Assembly: GCA_040437565.1 (NCBI GenBank) | Contig: JBDOQK010000005.1 | Coordinates: forward strand, 620,001 to 684,000 | From: Albugo candida | Taxonomy: Eukaryota | DNA length: 64,000 nucleotides | Direction: 5' to 3' | Part shown: positions 13,301 to 25,900 of the stretch, one piece after another | How the letters are laid out: each line of letters begins with the position of its first letter | Numbering within the stretch: the first letter of the stretch is position 1 | Notes under the pieces: generated by a model | Database searches by the model: none | Seen by the model: only the letters and a program-made list of their open reading frames with translations | What the model was told of the DNA's origin: nothing | Made by a program: the position numbers and the translations under genes

Positions 13301-14173
13301 AGTGACGTTTTCACCTTGTTCTTGCGTGCAAGATTGNNNNNNNNNNNNNNNNNNNNNNNNNNNNNNNNNNNNNNNNNNNNNNNNNNNNNNNNNNNNNNNN
13401 NNNNNNNNNNNNNNNNNNNNNNNNNNNNNNNNNNNNTAAAATTTCTGTACACTAATGTCCAATATGGTCGATCTTTTCCAGGCTTCAAACGCCATAGACT
13501 TGCCCCATTTATATTGAATCATTTTGATTCTTCTGATTGAACGAGCAATGCAAGTATGATCCAACCAGCAATGAAGTACGATTTTGAGCTCCCTTTTTTC
13601 GCATTTCTCTCTGATTCGTCGTGTTTTGATTCCAATAATGTCTCTTTCAGCTAAGATACCCCGCCACACCATTAGCACCGTACTCATCACACGCCTTCTG
13701 CAATGTGAATAGCTTTGAAGTGACGTTTTCACCTTGTTCTTGCGTGCAAGATTGTATCGCCTCCATCTATCCAAGTGATCTTCTGCTATCTGTCTCCTCA
13801 ACTTGGTACGTGGCGAGCGTCGTGAGAGTGCATTGCTAGAGAAAATTCTAGAACCACGTTTAGAAGACGAGTTTGACGCTTTCCTTGTCTTCGATAACGC
13901 ATCCAGTTCATCTAATTGCTTCCGTACCTCTCTAGAAATAGCTCTGTGACGATTTATAAGCTCCGCGCGATTTGTTGTCTCCGAATCTGAGTGATTCTGC
14001 TCTCTTTGATCGCAGCCCTTCGTTGCAGCTGATCTCTTGCCAAGCGCATGGACTTTATCCTCCAAATTTCTCCTTCCATCTCGTAGTATGTTGCAGTAGT
14101 TCATGACTATGTCACTTTGCAGTTTCCCATCCTCATTCCAGATGTCTTCGATTTTATCCATGACATTTTGCAT
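10336..14173 (-). CDS. SFI1: Sfi1-like centrin-binding centrosomal protein
   Basis: Long basic ORF with many periodic F/L-x-x-W-K/R repeats (AFEAWK, FERW, VFSAWK, FFFAWR). Split by gap 13337-13436 with a flanking overlap. Confidence 0.75.
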
Positions 14174-14261
14174 CTTTTGACTGAATTGGTGTCATTGGAT
14201 CGGTCATTTCAAGAGGTTACGCGAAGGTAGGGCGCCGGAAGTCAACTACGCGATCCGAATC

Positions 14262-14499
14262 ATGCTTGCCTTCCTTCATCGTGCATACAAATGGTACAGT
14301 ATGGAAATGGGTCATTGCTTATTTGAGAAATCAGAACTCGCATGCTTTCGTAAGTGAGGTGGAATTGATCGAATCGTGATAATGTGATATTATTTTTGTG
14401 CGAGTAGATGCGTTTTTTCTGCTGGTCTTAAGTGTATGCGGGTACTACATGTACGATATTTTATCGACGCTCAAAAGCTATTTATTTGCCAATGAGTAG
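14262..14499 (+). CDS. Serine palmitoyltransferase small subunit (ssSPT/SPTSSA-like), 59 aa, 2 exons
   Basis: Exons 14262-14349 and 14408-14499, intron GTAAGT...TAG. Product MLAFLHRAYKWYSMEMGHCLFEKSELACFHAFFLLVLSVCGYYMYDILSTLKSYLFANE fits the ssSPT pattern (aromatic N-terminal helix, E-x-x-E, one TM helix). Confidence 0.75.
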
Positions 14500-14622
14500 A
14501 GCTATGAATTCGTTGAAGTCATTTGAAGCACTCAAATTATGGTGTTAACTAGTCCATGACAGCGCTAAAAAAATTTCGGGTAGCACATTTGATGCATTTC
14601 GTAGCGTTTTGTAATGCTACTT

Positions 14623-15759
14623 TCATTTTACTCCATCTTTGTACTGCGGCTTCAATTCGTAGCAGCTTTTGTTAGGACCTTTTCGATGATATACGCATAT
14701 CTCCTTCAGGACCTCTTTCAGAAAAGACTAAAGAAAAGGCACTTAGATATAAAGGCTTTTCGTGTCCAGCGAAACATGGACTCTTACTTCTGGTTGACGG
14801 CAGTGTGAATTCAACTCCTTTAGTGGCCAATAATCTCTTTCATCGAAATGGTGAAATACCAAATCTTTGAGTTCATCCTGTATAGTTCAATCAGCATCAG
14901 AAATCCAAAGTGCATAAGTAACGATAGGAAAGTGACCTTGCTCATCTTCACTTTCTTGTCCAAGCGTTCCGGGATCTTAGAATCTGTCGCCTACGTTTGC
15001 GAAATCATCTCATAATGCACATTTGCAAAAAATGTTCGTGATATACTTCTTCTGTGTCCAGATCAGGCTTGTCTATCGTAAATTGTATGCGAGCTTTCTT
15101 TACTCGTGGCAAATCCTCCAAAGGTTGTACAATTCTATATGCATGCTCCAGAAAGCGATCGGATTCAACTTATAATATAAAAGATGCCTACCTCGTTTTG
15201 ACCATGGAGCGAAGCAATCTCTGCTTGCACATCTTGCTATATTGATCATTTCTTTGTGCTATGATTGTGCAGCTGTTACTGACAGTTCCCTCGATCGCCA
15301 TGCGCCCGGAGCCATCTTGTGAAAATACTTTCAGCTTTAGAGGAGTAGGACCGATCTCAATCCGATATTCAGATGGAACTTCGTCGTCTATGGTCATCGG
15401 ATTGACGTTTAGGAGGCCCTGAGTAGTATATGCCACCTTAATATATTACAATCATTATTCATCAGCATACCTTTCGTCGTCCGTCTCCACCAGCTCTATT
15501 CAGCTTAATGGATCCTAGCATCAAGTCGCTTTCTTTTCGGGCATGTAATCGTCAGCAACACGGATTTTAGTGATCGTATTTAGTGACCTTTGATTTTCTT
15601 CCAGGATGCTCCAAGTGCCGTCTATGACGGTTTTTATGGTGACACAATATTATGGAGACAGAAAAGCTCACATTGCTTTACCGGGATTTTCGCGAGATAA
15701 ATCTCGCGGTCCTCAAAATCAAGATGCAAGGGCTCAACAATGTCTTCATTTTCAGTCAT
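14623..15759 (-). CDS. GTF2F2: Transcription initiation factor IIF beta subunit (RAP30/Tfg2), multi-exon
   Basis: Exon 1 MTENEDIVEPLHLDFEDREIYLAKIP (15759-15682). Middle exon AIEGTVSNSC. Winged-helix C-terminus DELKDLVFHHFDERDYWPLKELNSHCRQPE / LKEVLKEICVYHRKGPNKSCYELKPQYK. Confidence 0.9.
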
Positions 15760-15910
15760 AATCGCCTTGCACAAAATGCTGTAGGTTCGGCGAATTTATG
15801 CGTGAAACCAAAGAACGTCGGCAAGAAAACATGTCTATTAATTCCAGCAAGTACTCTCAGCTGCCCGTAACCTGACGTTTCTAGATCTCGCAGTGACGAA
15901 CTCGAATAGT

Positions 15911-16132
15911 CTATGCATCTTGTTCCGACTTTTTTTGCGCCAACCGCCTCAGCTCCTAATATCAGATGATTTATTTAGGTTTTGTTTTCGCGAGCTTACG
16001 AGTGATCAAATAGAAGAGAAGTACCTGTACGCCTTCACGTCTTGCATTCCAATCCGCGATCGGTCCAGCGATAAATTGAGCTGCTGCCACGACAACAGCC
16101 CCTGAAAGGACGAACTGAATTACACCGTTCAT
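15911..16132 (-). CDS. Putative 50-aa single-TM microprotein, 2 exons
   Basis: Exons 16132-16025 and 15955-15911, 69-nt intron GTAC...CTGAT...TAG. Product MNGVIQFVLSGAVVVAAAQFIAGPIADWNARREGVQELRRLAQKKSEQDA. Confidence 0.6.
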
Positions 16133-16210
16133 GGTACCTTTGCGCGTAAGATTTTGTGCGCATTTAAGATAAGTGCGAATTAAAACGGTTTGCTACTGGC
16201 TGCTTGCATA

Positions 16211-17338
16211 ATGAAAAATCAAGCAATTGCACAACTTCGCCGGAAGCTTGAAGCCACAAATGTAATCATGCGCTATGACTACGCCTGGTAAATAAATATC
16301 ACCTGACTACCTACCTGACGATCAGTACTTACTTTGTTTTGCTGTCAATCCAGGAAAGATGTAGAGTTTTCCAGATGCTCTAGCCGAATGACAGGGGTGG
16401 TCTGTCGATTACTGTATCTCCAGGCTCTATGGAAGCTAAAGTCAACGAATGCGACATCTCATTCACCTGAATACCATTTGGGCGAAGATACCGAACAATC
16501 AAGTGTTTATATAACTGTATACGCTGCATCCAGTGATTATCCAAAGTTCACGGAACATGTTGCAGAAGCATGCAAACTGATGGACTTCAACATAATAGTT
16601 GACCGCCAAGAAGCACCACAAGCAGATATTATCTTTCTGTACATACCTCCTTCTTTGGAAGATATTACTGATGATCAGTACAAAACCATTGAAGAAATAC
16701 TGGATCTTTGCGAAGAATTCTCATCACCCAAAGAAGGATCACAAAGAACACTTCAGACCCCAACATTGTGTATATTGACTGGAGATAGTGAATTGCTACC
16801 TATTGAGACTAATGAAGAGTGTAATAGGGGACGGGATCTTGCAGAACTGGCAATCACGCAACGACTGAATCCGATCTTGGAAGGAAGAGGATATGAAAGT
16901 GCTGCTCTTTTTGCAGTTGAATTTCTCCGATCTACACACCCACAAAATGAACACGATCCTAATACAGAAGCATCCAAAAATCTCAACCATTTTCAACTGG
17001 AGACGCTGATGACACGCTTTGGCTGTTCATCGAGTAATCTTATGCATCACAATGAAAAATGGAAAATCTACGTTCACAAAGATTCAGTCGTATCCTCTTA
17101 CCTGGCTCAGGATAATCGAAGTGGCGAAGCCGTAGAAAATGATGATGAACAGGCTTATTGGGAGCAAATATCAAAATCCAAAGCATGTGATAGTTGCCAT
17201 AGCATACAAACAAACTTGCTTCGTTGTACTGGATGTAGAAATGCAGTTTACTGCTCGCAATCCTGTCAGAAAGAAGCTTGGAAGTTTCATAAGCACACGT
17301 GCAAACAAAACTTAGGAAACCAGCTGAGGATCGCATGA
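16211..17338 (+). CDS. MYND-type zinc finger protein
   Basis: C-terminal CDSC...RCTGCRNAVYCSQSCQKEAWKFHKHTC. Probable exon 1 (16211-16287) splices in frame to 16354. Confidence 0.85.
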
Positions 17339-17440
17339 AGTCTTGCTACGAAACACTTTTTTGATAGATAAAGCATGAATTTATATGATAGGATTATAAA
17401 TGCAGTCGGCTATGAATCATGGACAATATTGATGATGGAC

Positions 17441-20400
17441 CTACTCAAATTGTGGATTTTTGTTAGTGTTTTCCGTGACTTGGAGAGCAAGATTCAATGA
17501 CCAGTTCTCCTCTTTCATTTTGTTCAGTTGAGTAAGTAAAGTCTCTCGTTCTTTCTCGGACCAATTTTGAGCACTCAGCATCTGATGAATTCTCTTTTTC
17601 GCAAGCGTTTCTTGTTCGTTGGCAATCGCAAGTGCATGTACCAACTGATGGACTCGCTCTTGTAGACAGGAAATTTCTTGTTCTTGCTGACTGCTTGTAT
17701 CTTTCGATGATGCGTTTTGCGACTGGGCACTTGACTCACAAATCGCATGCTTATTTGTTACACGCTTGTCTAGCACTTCAAGGCTCAATTGCGGATCCTT
17801 TGCCATGTCTAAATTTTTTCGATTGTTTGAGGTTGAGGCCACTGCGCGATGACAACGCGGACACAAATTTGAGATTTTATGATCCAGTTGTTTTCTTGTC
17901 CGTTGATTATTCTTTTCATGTGCGATTTCATCCCTGATAAGCCGACATTTGTCCTCCAGTCTTCTATTGTACACTACCTTCAATTCCGATATTTCTCGGG
18001 TGTGCGATTCGACCTGCTTCTGATTCGTCCGCTTAAGCTGAAGCACTTCCTCTTGAAGCCTTTCATTCTCTTCATATACATCCCTGTACTTGCCTCGGGT
18101 ATTGCCCAATTCAAACCACAACACTTTCTCTTGTTGCTGCTTCTCAGCCCGGAAGGCTTCCAGTTCTTGTATACATGTACGCAATTGCTGTTTTTCTGCT
18201 ATCAGGTCTCTTTCCAGAGTATCGTGTTCATTCATTTTAGACGCAATACGCTTTGTGTACCAGTTGTGTTGTTGCTTCATCTCTACTTGGAGTTGTTTCA
18301 ATTTCCGTTGCAGAGATTCAACCAAGACATCTTTTTTCACAAGTGCTTCATCCGCTTGGATGATTGATAGAGATGAAATGTTTCGAGATGCCTCGCCGGC
18401 AGCCTTCTCTGCAACTCGGGCAAATTGTTGTCGTCGTAAGGATTCCTGACAATCATGTAAGCTTTGCTCCCAGTCTCTACGTGCTTTCTCCCATTCCTCC
18501 TCTTTGCACATGTGTTTGACCTCTAACGCTTGATAGGCAGCATCTTTGGTTCGCAGCTGTTTCTTCATTACTTCTTGCAGCATCGTTAACCGATCTCTAT
18601 ATTGACTTAGTTGCTCTTCATGATCGATTCGTAGCGTCGTATTTTCCGTTTTCAGTGCTTTGAGACTTTCCGCTAGTTGTGATGTTGCTTGCTTATCTCT
18701 GACTTTCTCTGCCGAGATATATTCGCGCAGAGACGTCACCTCCTGCATCGTGGTAGCTTGTGATTTCCGTGCTTGCTCGATTTCATTCTCTAATTGTATA
18801 ATTGCACTGTCTTTGAGCTCAACAACACCTTTGGCTTCCTCCATTGCGGCTTCCAGGCGACAAACGAATGCTTGCAGTAAAAGTTGCTCGCGTTCTTCTC
18901 CTTTGTCAGATCGTAATATCTTTGCGTCAACCTGCAGTAAGTCTTCTTTATCTGGCTCATCTAAGATAGAGCTGTCTGAGTTCGCCAATGTGCACAGCTG
19001 GTGTTCCAAAGCTGACATGCTTTCATTCGAGGTAATGAGTCTCACTTGCATTTCTTGCAGTTTCTGCTCCACCATAAGCTTGTCTTGTTCTAATTGTTGC
19101 AATGCACGCAGGTGATCTTGTTGTTGCGACTGTAAACGCCGCTCTAGTCCAGCAATTCGGTAAACATGAGCTTGTTCAAGTTCTGCATTATTTTTCAGCT
19201 TTTCTCGCATGTTGTCTGCTTCTTTTTCTATCAGTATCAGTTTGTCCATTACTCCAAGTTTGCCCATTAATCCTTCCTGAACGCAAGTATCCTTTTGAGC
19301 CAATTGTACTGCCTTCAAGTACGTCTTGTCAATGATTTCGAACAGAGACATTTGATTTGAAGTGATCCTTTCGATGCTGGAATCGTTCCTAGCGCCGTTC
19401 TTATTATGTGAGGCGCCCTCCTTTGCATTCTGGTACACTCGTTGTAGTCTCTTGGAAAATAGAGTTTGTCTTGTTGTTCCAATTTGGTGCTTCATCAACG
19501 ATGAGTTTGAGGTTTTTTGAACGCATGATGCATCGCTCTGATATATTGCGCTGTACCTAGCTCACAACAATGTAAGCGATCTTACTTGTAGTTTGGACAA
19601 ATAAAGTACTCGTTCTCTTCCGCAAGTAAGTGACTGGGGTCATTAATTTTCGTGCAAGTTTTGATATCTTTGGCTTTGCATGCATACAGGAGCGACTGTA
19701 TCGCTTGTAATTGAAATTGCTGAGGTTTGCGAATGGCAACAATAATGCACGTGATCCATTCATTTCCAATACACGATCCGAAATGATGCGAGAGCACAGC
19801 GTTGATAGGAAGATGTGCATCAGGGAACTGGAACTGGCCATTTGCTTTAGATGCAGAAGAAACCGAAAAGTCGTCTGAATCAGAGTTAGAATTTAGATCC
19901 TTGCGGATTTCTTTCCGTTCTATAATTCCACTATCCGAGCAAGCAACGAAAATCGTTATGAGAGTAGGTCAACAAAAATCACGGAATGATCAACCTTCCT
20001 GCGGGATCAATGCAAAGAATTCTGGAAGTGGTATTGTTTCCGCTCCGCATAGTACGCTTGACCGTAATGCACATGCTAAAATCTCGATCGAAGGGATCTT
20101 TCTCGTTTAGAATTACTTTTCGGCAATGGTTTGATGCGTAAATCCAACTTTTGGCCTCTTCATACAGTTCTATACCAGCTTCAGCGCTATCAACTCGTGT
20201 GCCATTTCTCTCGCATTCGTTCATATAATCTTCAACAATAACTAGTGTCATTTCGTTTCTTGGGATGAAATGAAACATTTCTTTTCCTTGCCTCGTGCAT
20301 GCGAAGCTCAAAATAATCTCGAAGTCACCGATGTCTTTTTCATCATACAGTCGCTTTTTCTCTTCAAAAACGGCTGAGATTAAGAAAGCCCACATTCCTA

Positions 20401-20778
20401 CTGCTTACAACCGTGTGAATATGCATGTATAGTAGAATACAACGCATTCTTACCACTTTGATCTCTTCCATGACAAAAAGAAGACTTTCCAGAACTAGCT
20501 GCACCTGTGACGTGAAAAATGACACATTTTTCTTCATCTAAAGATCGCTTGAGTATATCAGATATGCTGTCCGCGTAAATAGAAGCCATATCATCGTCAG
20601 CTTCGTCGTACACGCGATAAAAACTTATATTTGCTACTCCCGGAGACATTTCGCTGTGCTCTAATTGCAACGTGTTCATAGTCGTACGAGACACTCCATT
20701 GTGAGGTTCTGGAAGCGCTGTTATTTTATCACTGTTGTCCCCGTTATGGAGATATATCACGACTCGAGCACGCTCCAT
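17441..20778 (-). CDS. Divergent kinesin-like protein: degenerate N-terminal motor plus long coiled coil, multi-exon
   Basis: Motor-like segments in the expected order: ISFYRVYD, IY..SISDIL, P-loop GAASSGKS, RILCIDPAGS and SLLYACKAKDIK..KIND. Followed by a 685-codon coiled-coil exon. Confidence 0.75.
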
Positions 20779-20903
20779 CCGTCAAATTGCCGCCAACGTC
20801 GTTTGATGTAGGATCGGCTTTGAAGAATACGGTAGTTTATTCTGTATGTACGCATGGCCTGTGATACTGGATAATCAGCCGAAATACATATAGATAATCT
20901 GAA

Positions 20904-22943
20904 ATGCAAATTTATAGACATCATGGAATCCTTGCAAGCATGAGCATATATGGTGCAACTTCATACTTTTGGAGAAGAAATGATCGGAATACTCTTTGCG
21001 AGACAAAAGTTCTTGATTCATCGGATTCTTTTTTTGCATCGTACCACAAGATTTATGAACGAATTATTGGCAATTATGAAAATCGCATTCGCACATTCAG
21101 TGCTCCCGAGCGTGTTTTCAACTACTTTGCATCCATTCGAGTAAAAAAACAGTCTTACATGACCCGAGAAGACTTGGCTTTTGCCTTGACACCATATCAT
21201 CCGCTCAACAAGCCTTACGCTCTCCACAGAAAGTCATCCTCGGTCACCGTCCGCAACATATCGTGCAATGTTCTACAATAAGCCTCTTACCGGTCATTCC
21301 GTAGGATTTTATCAAAAAGTATCATCAACAAGTCAAAAATATATTTTTGGCGCGAGAATCAGGATCGCTGAATGACACTAAGGAACAAGTGGAAGCTTTC
21401 TACAATTTTTGTGATCAGCATCGAATTACCTATGAGGTTGCATAAAAGCAATTCCATAAACTTTCAGATCAACCAGTGAACTAATTTCTCCATCGTACTT
21501 TTAGACGCATTTGAGATTCTTGGAACAGCTCAAGTATGATACGACAGAAGTATTATCGCTTCTGCACGACCATGGGATTGCTTCAAGCAGTCTCGCCACT
21601 CTGGGTTCAAGCTTCTGGAGCGTCATAGATGCGGATGGAGATGGTCTCATTTCCTATGCAGAATTCATGTTTTTCAATCTTCTACTAAGCAGTAAGTGAG
21701 CCGGCTTCACGAATCTGTCAAGCTCAAAACGTCTCGACTATGATAGTTTCGCCAAGGCAATTTGAACTTGCATTCAAAATGTTTGATGCAGATCGAAATG
21801 GTTTATTGAGCCAGCGTGAATTTTTCCAGGTCAAGATGTTGACCAACACGCGGAATTAATGATGAGATGATAACAAAGATGTAGGTAGTGGATTTATTGC
21901 GGACGCGTACTCCTTCAGGACGTCAAGATCGATCATTTCATCCGACGGAAGGCGCAGTATTCAAGCATTTTTTTGGGCGATTCGGAACGTACTCTGAACA
22001 CCTGCAGTACATTTTAAAAGCGATACTCACATGACTCATTGCAGGCAAAGTCTTTCGTTTCAAGACTTTTGCGTTTTTCAGCAGCAATTGAAAAATGAAA
22101 TCCTCCGTCTTCAGATATCCTTTTTGTAGACTTTGGGCATGCCTCTCATCACAGTTTATCGCTTTCATTTTCCTTGATGCACCGTCGTTGAAACTTTGAG
22201 CAGTATGATATGGATCATGACAACGAGTTATCTCCAGAAGAATTCGGGATGTTTTTGATATCGCATGTGAAGCAGGTGCGAAATTATCATGCGCTATATA
22301 CGCCCATTTCTTCCTGTTAGCGTTGTGCTATAAAGTCAGAAATGGATACATGGGTGGATCGAGTCAGCTCAAAGCTCCAAGACATTAAGGTGAGGAGTCA
22401 CGCTACCATCAAATCGAGCATCATTTCGATCCAGAGTATGTGCAGGGATGTATATCGGAAAAAGATTTCCTGAATTTCTTCAGACTCTTGGATCATTTGG
22501 AAGAGTTGCAAGTTGCCTTTCGGCTTGTTATGAACCAGAATGGAGTCAACAAAGGTATGTAACAAACACACACGACCAAGCGAATGTGTATTAGCTCAAA
22601 ATATTCCTAATAGAACAATTTCAGCGTGCCTTTCGTGCAGCTCACCGACAAGATCAGATACTGACTTCTTTGCAGTTGGACATTCTTTTTGCTTTGTTTG
22701 ATACGAATGGTACGTAACACTTTGTGTAAGGATTCATTCTCAGATTCTATACCAAAGATGACGGGTTGCTTGACATGGATGAATTTCTGATGGTAATGGC
22801 AAAACGCAAGGATGGTGGATTCAATACGGTACATATCATATATTTGTGCCTGCTTTGCTGACATTGACGCACCTGTATAGAAACGAGACACCGGTGCGTT
22901 CGACTTTATCGCTAAACTGATAGAGTGCACCAAGGCGATCTGA
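20904..22943 (+). CDS. MICU1: Mitochondrial calcium uptake protein MICU1-like (EF-hand), many introns including one AT-AC intron
   Basis: NYENRIRTFSAPERVFNYFAS motif. EF-hands DADGDGLISYAEF, DADRNGLLSQREF and DMDHDNELSPEEF. Stop TGA at 22941-22943. Confidence 0.9.
22115..22194 (+). other. U12-type (minor spliceosome) AT-AC intron in MICU1
   Basis: 5' end ATATCCTTT, branch box TTCCTTGAT (22170-22178), 3' end AC. Removal joins NEILRLQ|FEQYDMD in frame. Confidence 0.9.
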
Positions 22944-22963
22944 AGACAATAGGTCGACTGTGA

Positions 22964-25900
22964 CTACACTTTGCGAGGTTTATAGTAAGGGCCGAAGAGC
23001 ACTTGAGCATTATGTGCGTCATCTTGCGCGTCCAATTCTTTTTCTTGTTCCTTGGCGTCTTCACTTGTGCGATGAGAGCTTTCTGCATTTTCGCCGCCTT
23101 TTTCTTCTCCAAGTGATAAATGTTTAGACGCTCGGTACATGACCCCAGTCGTTGTGATCGGAAGAGGCGTGGTCCCCGCAGTGGTAACTGGATTCGTCCA
23201 TTTAAGGAGCTTGTTACGAAAGTGTGATAACCCCGAAGAAGCCGTCAGTTTTGTGACGTGCCATTTGAGATGGTTTTCAAACCGTTGTAACATTTTCTTG
23301 TATGTGGACAGCCGACCCTGACAAACGTAAGGAGGTAAATCCAGCTCGAGACCGCTCAAATTGACAAAAAAACCATTGCAATTTATGCACAGCCGAATAT
23401 TCCCGATTCGAACGTATTTGAAATAAAACAGCTCTTGCTCATTTGAGCTGGGATAAACTTCATCTTCCTCTTGAGAGCTGGTCAGCGGTTCCCCTTCATG
23501 TCCTGCAAATGCATTTATCGTCGCTGAGGTGCTGGATGCACTCGTATTGCGACTGCGGAACCTAGAACTGTTCATACCTGAGCCAGAGCTATTGTTGTGC
23601 TGAGAAAATCGCTGCACCAGGTTAGAGGATTTCAGTGTAGATACAGCCTTCTTTGACTTTGGAGAAGCAGGAGGAGAGGTATGGATAGATTCCGTTGCAT
23701 GAGAGCCAGTGCCACTTGGTTGGGAGACTTTGCGGCCGAATAATGCTTGCTGTGACTCCGCATTCTGCGAAAATTCTCGCTGACCACCTCGGTGGTCGAA
23801 TAAGAACTTGTAGATTAAGTCGTAGAAGTCCGCTGCTAATTGGATGACGATCACATACGGAATGTCCGGGAAGATGCTTATCTCTAGTAAGTCTTGAACG
23901 CGAAGTTTTTGACCCCAAATTCGCATTAATGGCCCACTCTCAGCTCGTATGGTCAACATTCCCTTCTCGTCCGCGAAAGGTATTTTGTCGCGTGCCTCAA
24001 ATCGGTTATCTAGCATAAGCTTTGCTCGCATGACCGATGAAACATCTTCAAATTGGCACGATGTGGGCTCGGAGTGCAAATTATTGATCTCTAGCCAGTG
24101 TAAATTTATACAGAGTTTCGTCCGCTGATTTTCATAAAACGTATGCGCCCCATTGATTCTCTCCAAGCAAAGTTCGATCAAACTAGCATCCGAATGATCG
24201 GATGCCATAGTGTCTGGGCTACCGCGGAGAAGAAATCGACCACCTAAAGCATGAAACGTGATGCATTTGAGTGCGTTCGGACTCGTACGAAGATTTTTGC
24301 TGAGTGTTTTGCTCTCGCGACATCGAAGCTCTTCTTCAAGCTGGGCATAAAATCGCTTTCCGACAGTACCCGGGGATGCGGACGTATTGTGATGCGTACC
24401 TTCAATTGAGTTACTTTCCGTGCTTCCGGCCGAGACGGAGGTTCGATTGACTCGATGTCGTCGCCCGCGATGAACAAATTTAGGCGGAGCTAGTAAGACA
24501 TGGCGGACGACGTTAAGAAGTTGAAAAAATTGATGCCGATCCGTCGAGAGGTTCAGAAAAGATAGATTTGCTTCAACACTTATCGCTCCAGTGGCAATTG
24601 TCTGTATGTAGGTCAAATTTAGGTCGCATTCTTCCAGGACTTGTCTCAGCACGAAGGAGGAGGATGTTTTCTGTGAGCTGTTCGCTTGACTTCGACGTAG
24701 TGATTCAGGATTATCGAAAATATTGGATTGTCTCACAGCGTGTTGCCGACACCACTGCGGCTCGGCAGAAATGTCTACATCATTAGGCGATACATGTACT
24801 GTGACATGCTCGAACGCGGAAGATGCAATTACGTCTCCTTGAAGTCTGTCTTTCCCCCCAGAAACATGGATATGCTTCGACGCAACAAGAATGCTGCTTT
24901 TGCTGCTTTCGTCAGATACATTGATCTGTGCGTTATGAATATCGATCGTGTATTTTTTGAAAGCGATCAAGTCCATGTTAGGTGAAGAAGGTAATTTCTT
25001 GCGTTCTTCTTCCTGAAAGTCTCGTCTTGATCGCTGTGTCTGATCATCTTCGCCCAATCCTAGCTTCCCTTGCTGTAGAAGTTCTAGCAGCGACTCTTTA
25101 CCTTCGCGTTTCTTCGTTGAATCGTGTTGATTCCCATCACCTTCCGGATTTCGAGATTCTGCAGAAGTGAGCGTCACTGCTTTCGTGCTTGTAGATTTTC
25201 TATCTTCACTCATCTCATTCGTCCGTTGCTTAATCTCATGAAAGGTGTCCACTATTACTGCTACCATGTAAAAGATCGCATCTCGAGACTTCAGAGTCCA
25301 ATGCAATTTCATAGATTCAACCTGAATCGGCCATATGTCCTCGTCGTCTTCCGTGCAGTTGAGCTGGCAGCTACATTCGTGCAAGCCAGTAGCTATACTA
25401 GAGATGTCTATTTGATGATCGACAGTAAGAGGTAGTTGCCATGTGATATCTTTTGCCGTACCAGCTGCTATCATGTCAGATTTACAACTGGAATAATTTT
25501 TGCAGCAGCTTGTCTCTGCATCAACTGGCTCAATTATAAAAGGGTGCACGCTCACCGATTTAAATTCAGGTGAGAATACATGATAAGGCAGATGAAGCCT
25601 CTGTCCAAGACTGGGACTAAGGGAAAGATCATCTCGGTTCTGAAGAAGCTCATCTCGGTCAAGACCACATCCTGTTTTTCTGAGTGCAGGATTCTGGTAA
25701 GTAGCTCGGTAGCTGCTCCCTTTGGTTTCCAGAGTGAAATTTTTGACCGAAGTATGTTCGAACGGTATCCCGAATGCGCTTTCATCAATTTCTTCTCTTG
25801 CTGTTTCATCTACACCTCGCTGGAGTAAATAACATTGAAGGATGTCGACTACAAGCGAAGATGCCGCATACTCAAGATCTAGACGGGACTTCAACTTGGC

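Noticed and set aside
17632-19335. Antisense ORFs over the coiled-coil exon, and similar shadow ORFs elsewhere
   Set aside because: Shadow frames of the real genes with no motifs of their own.
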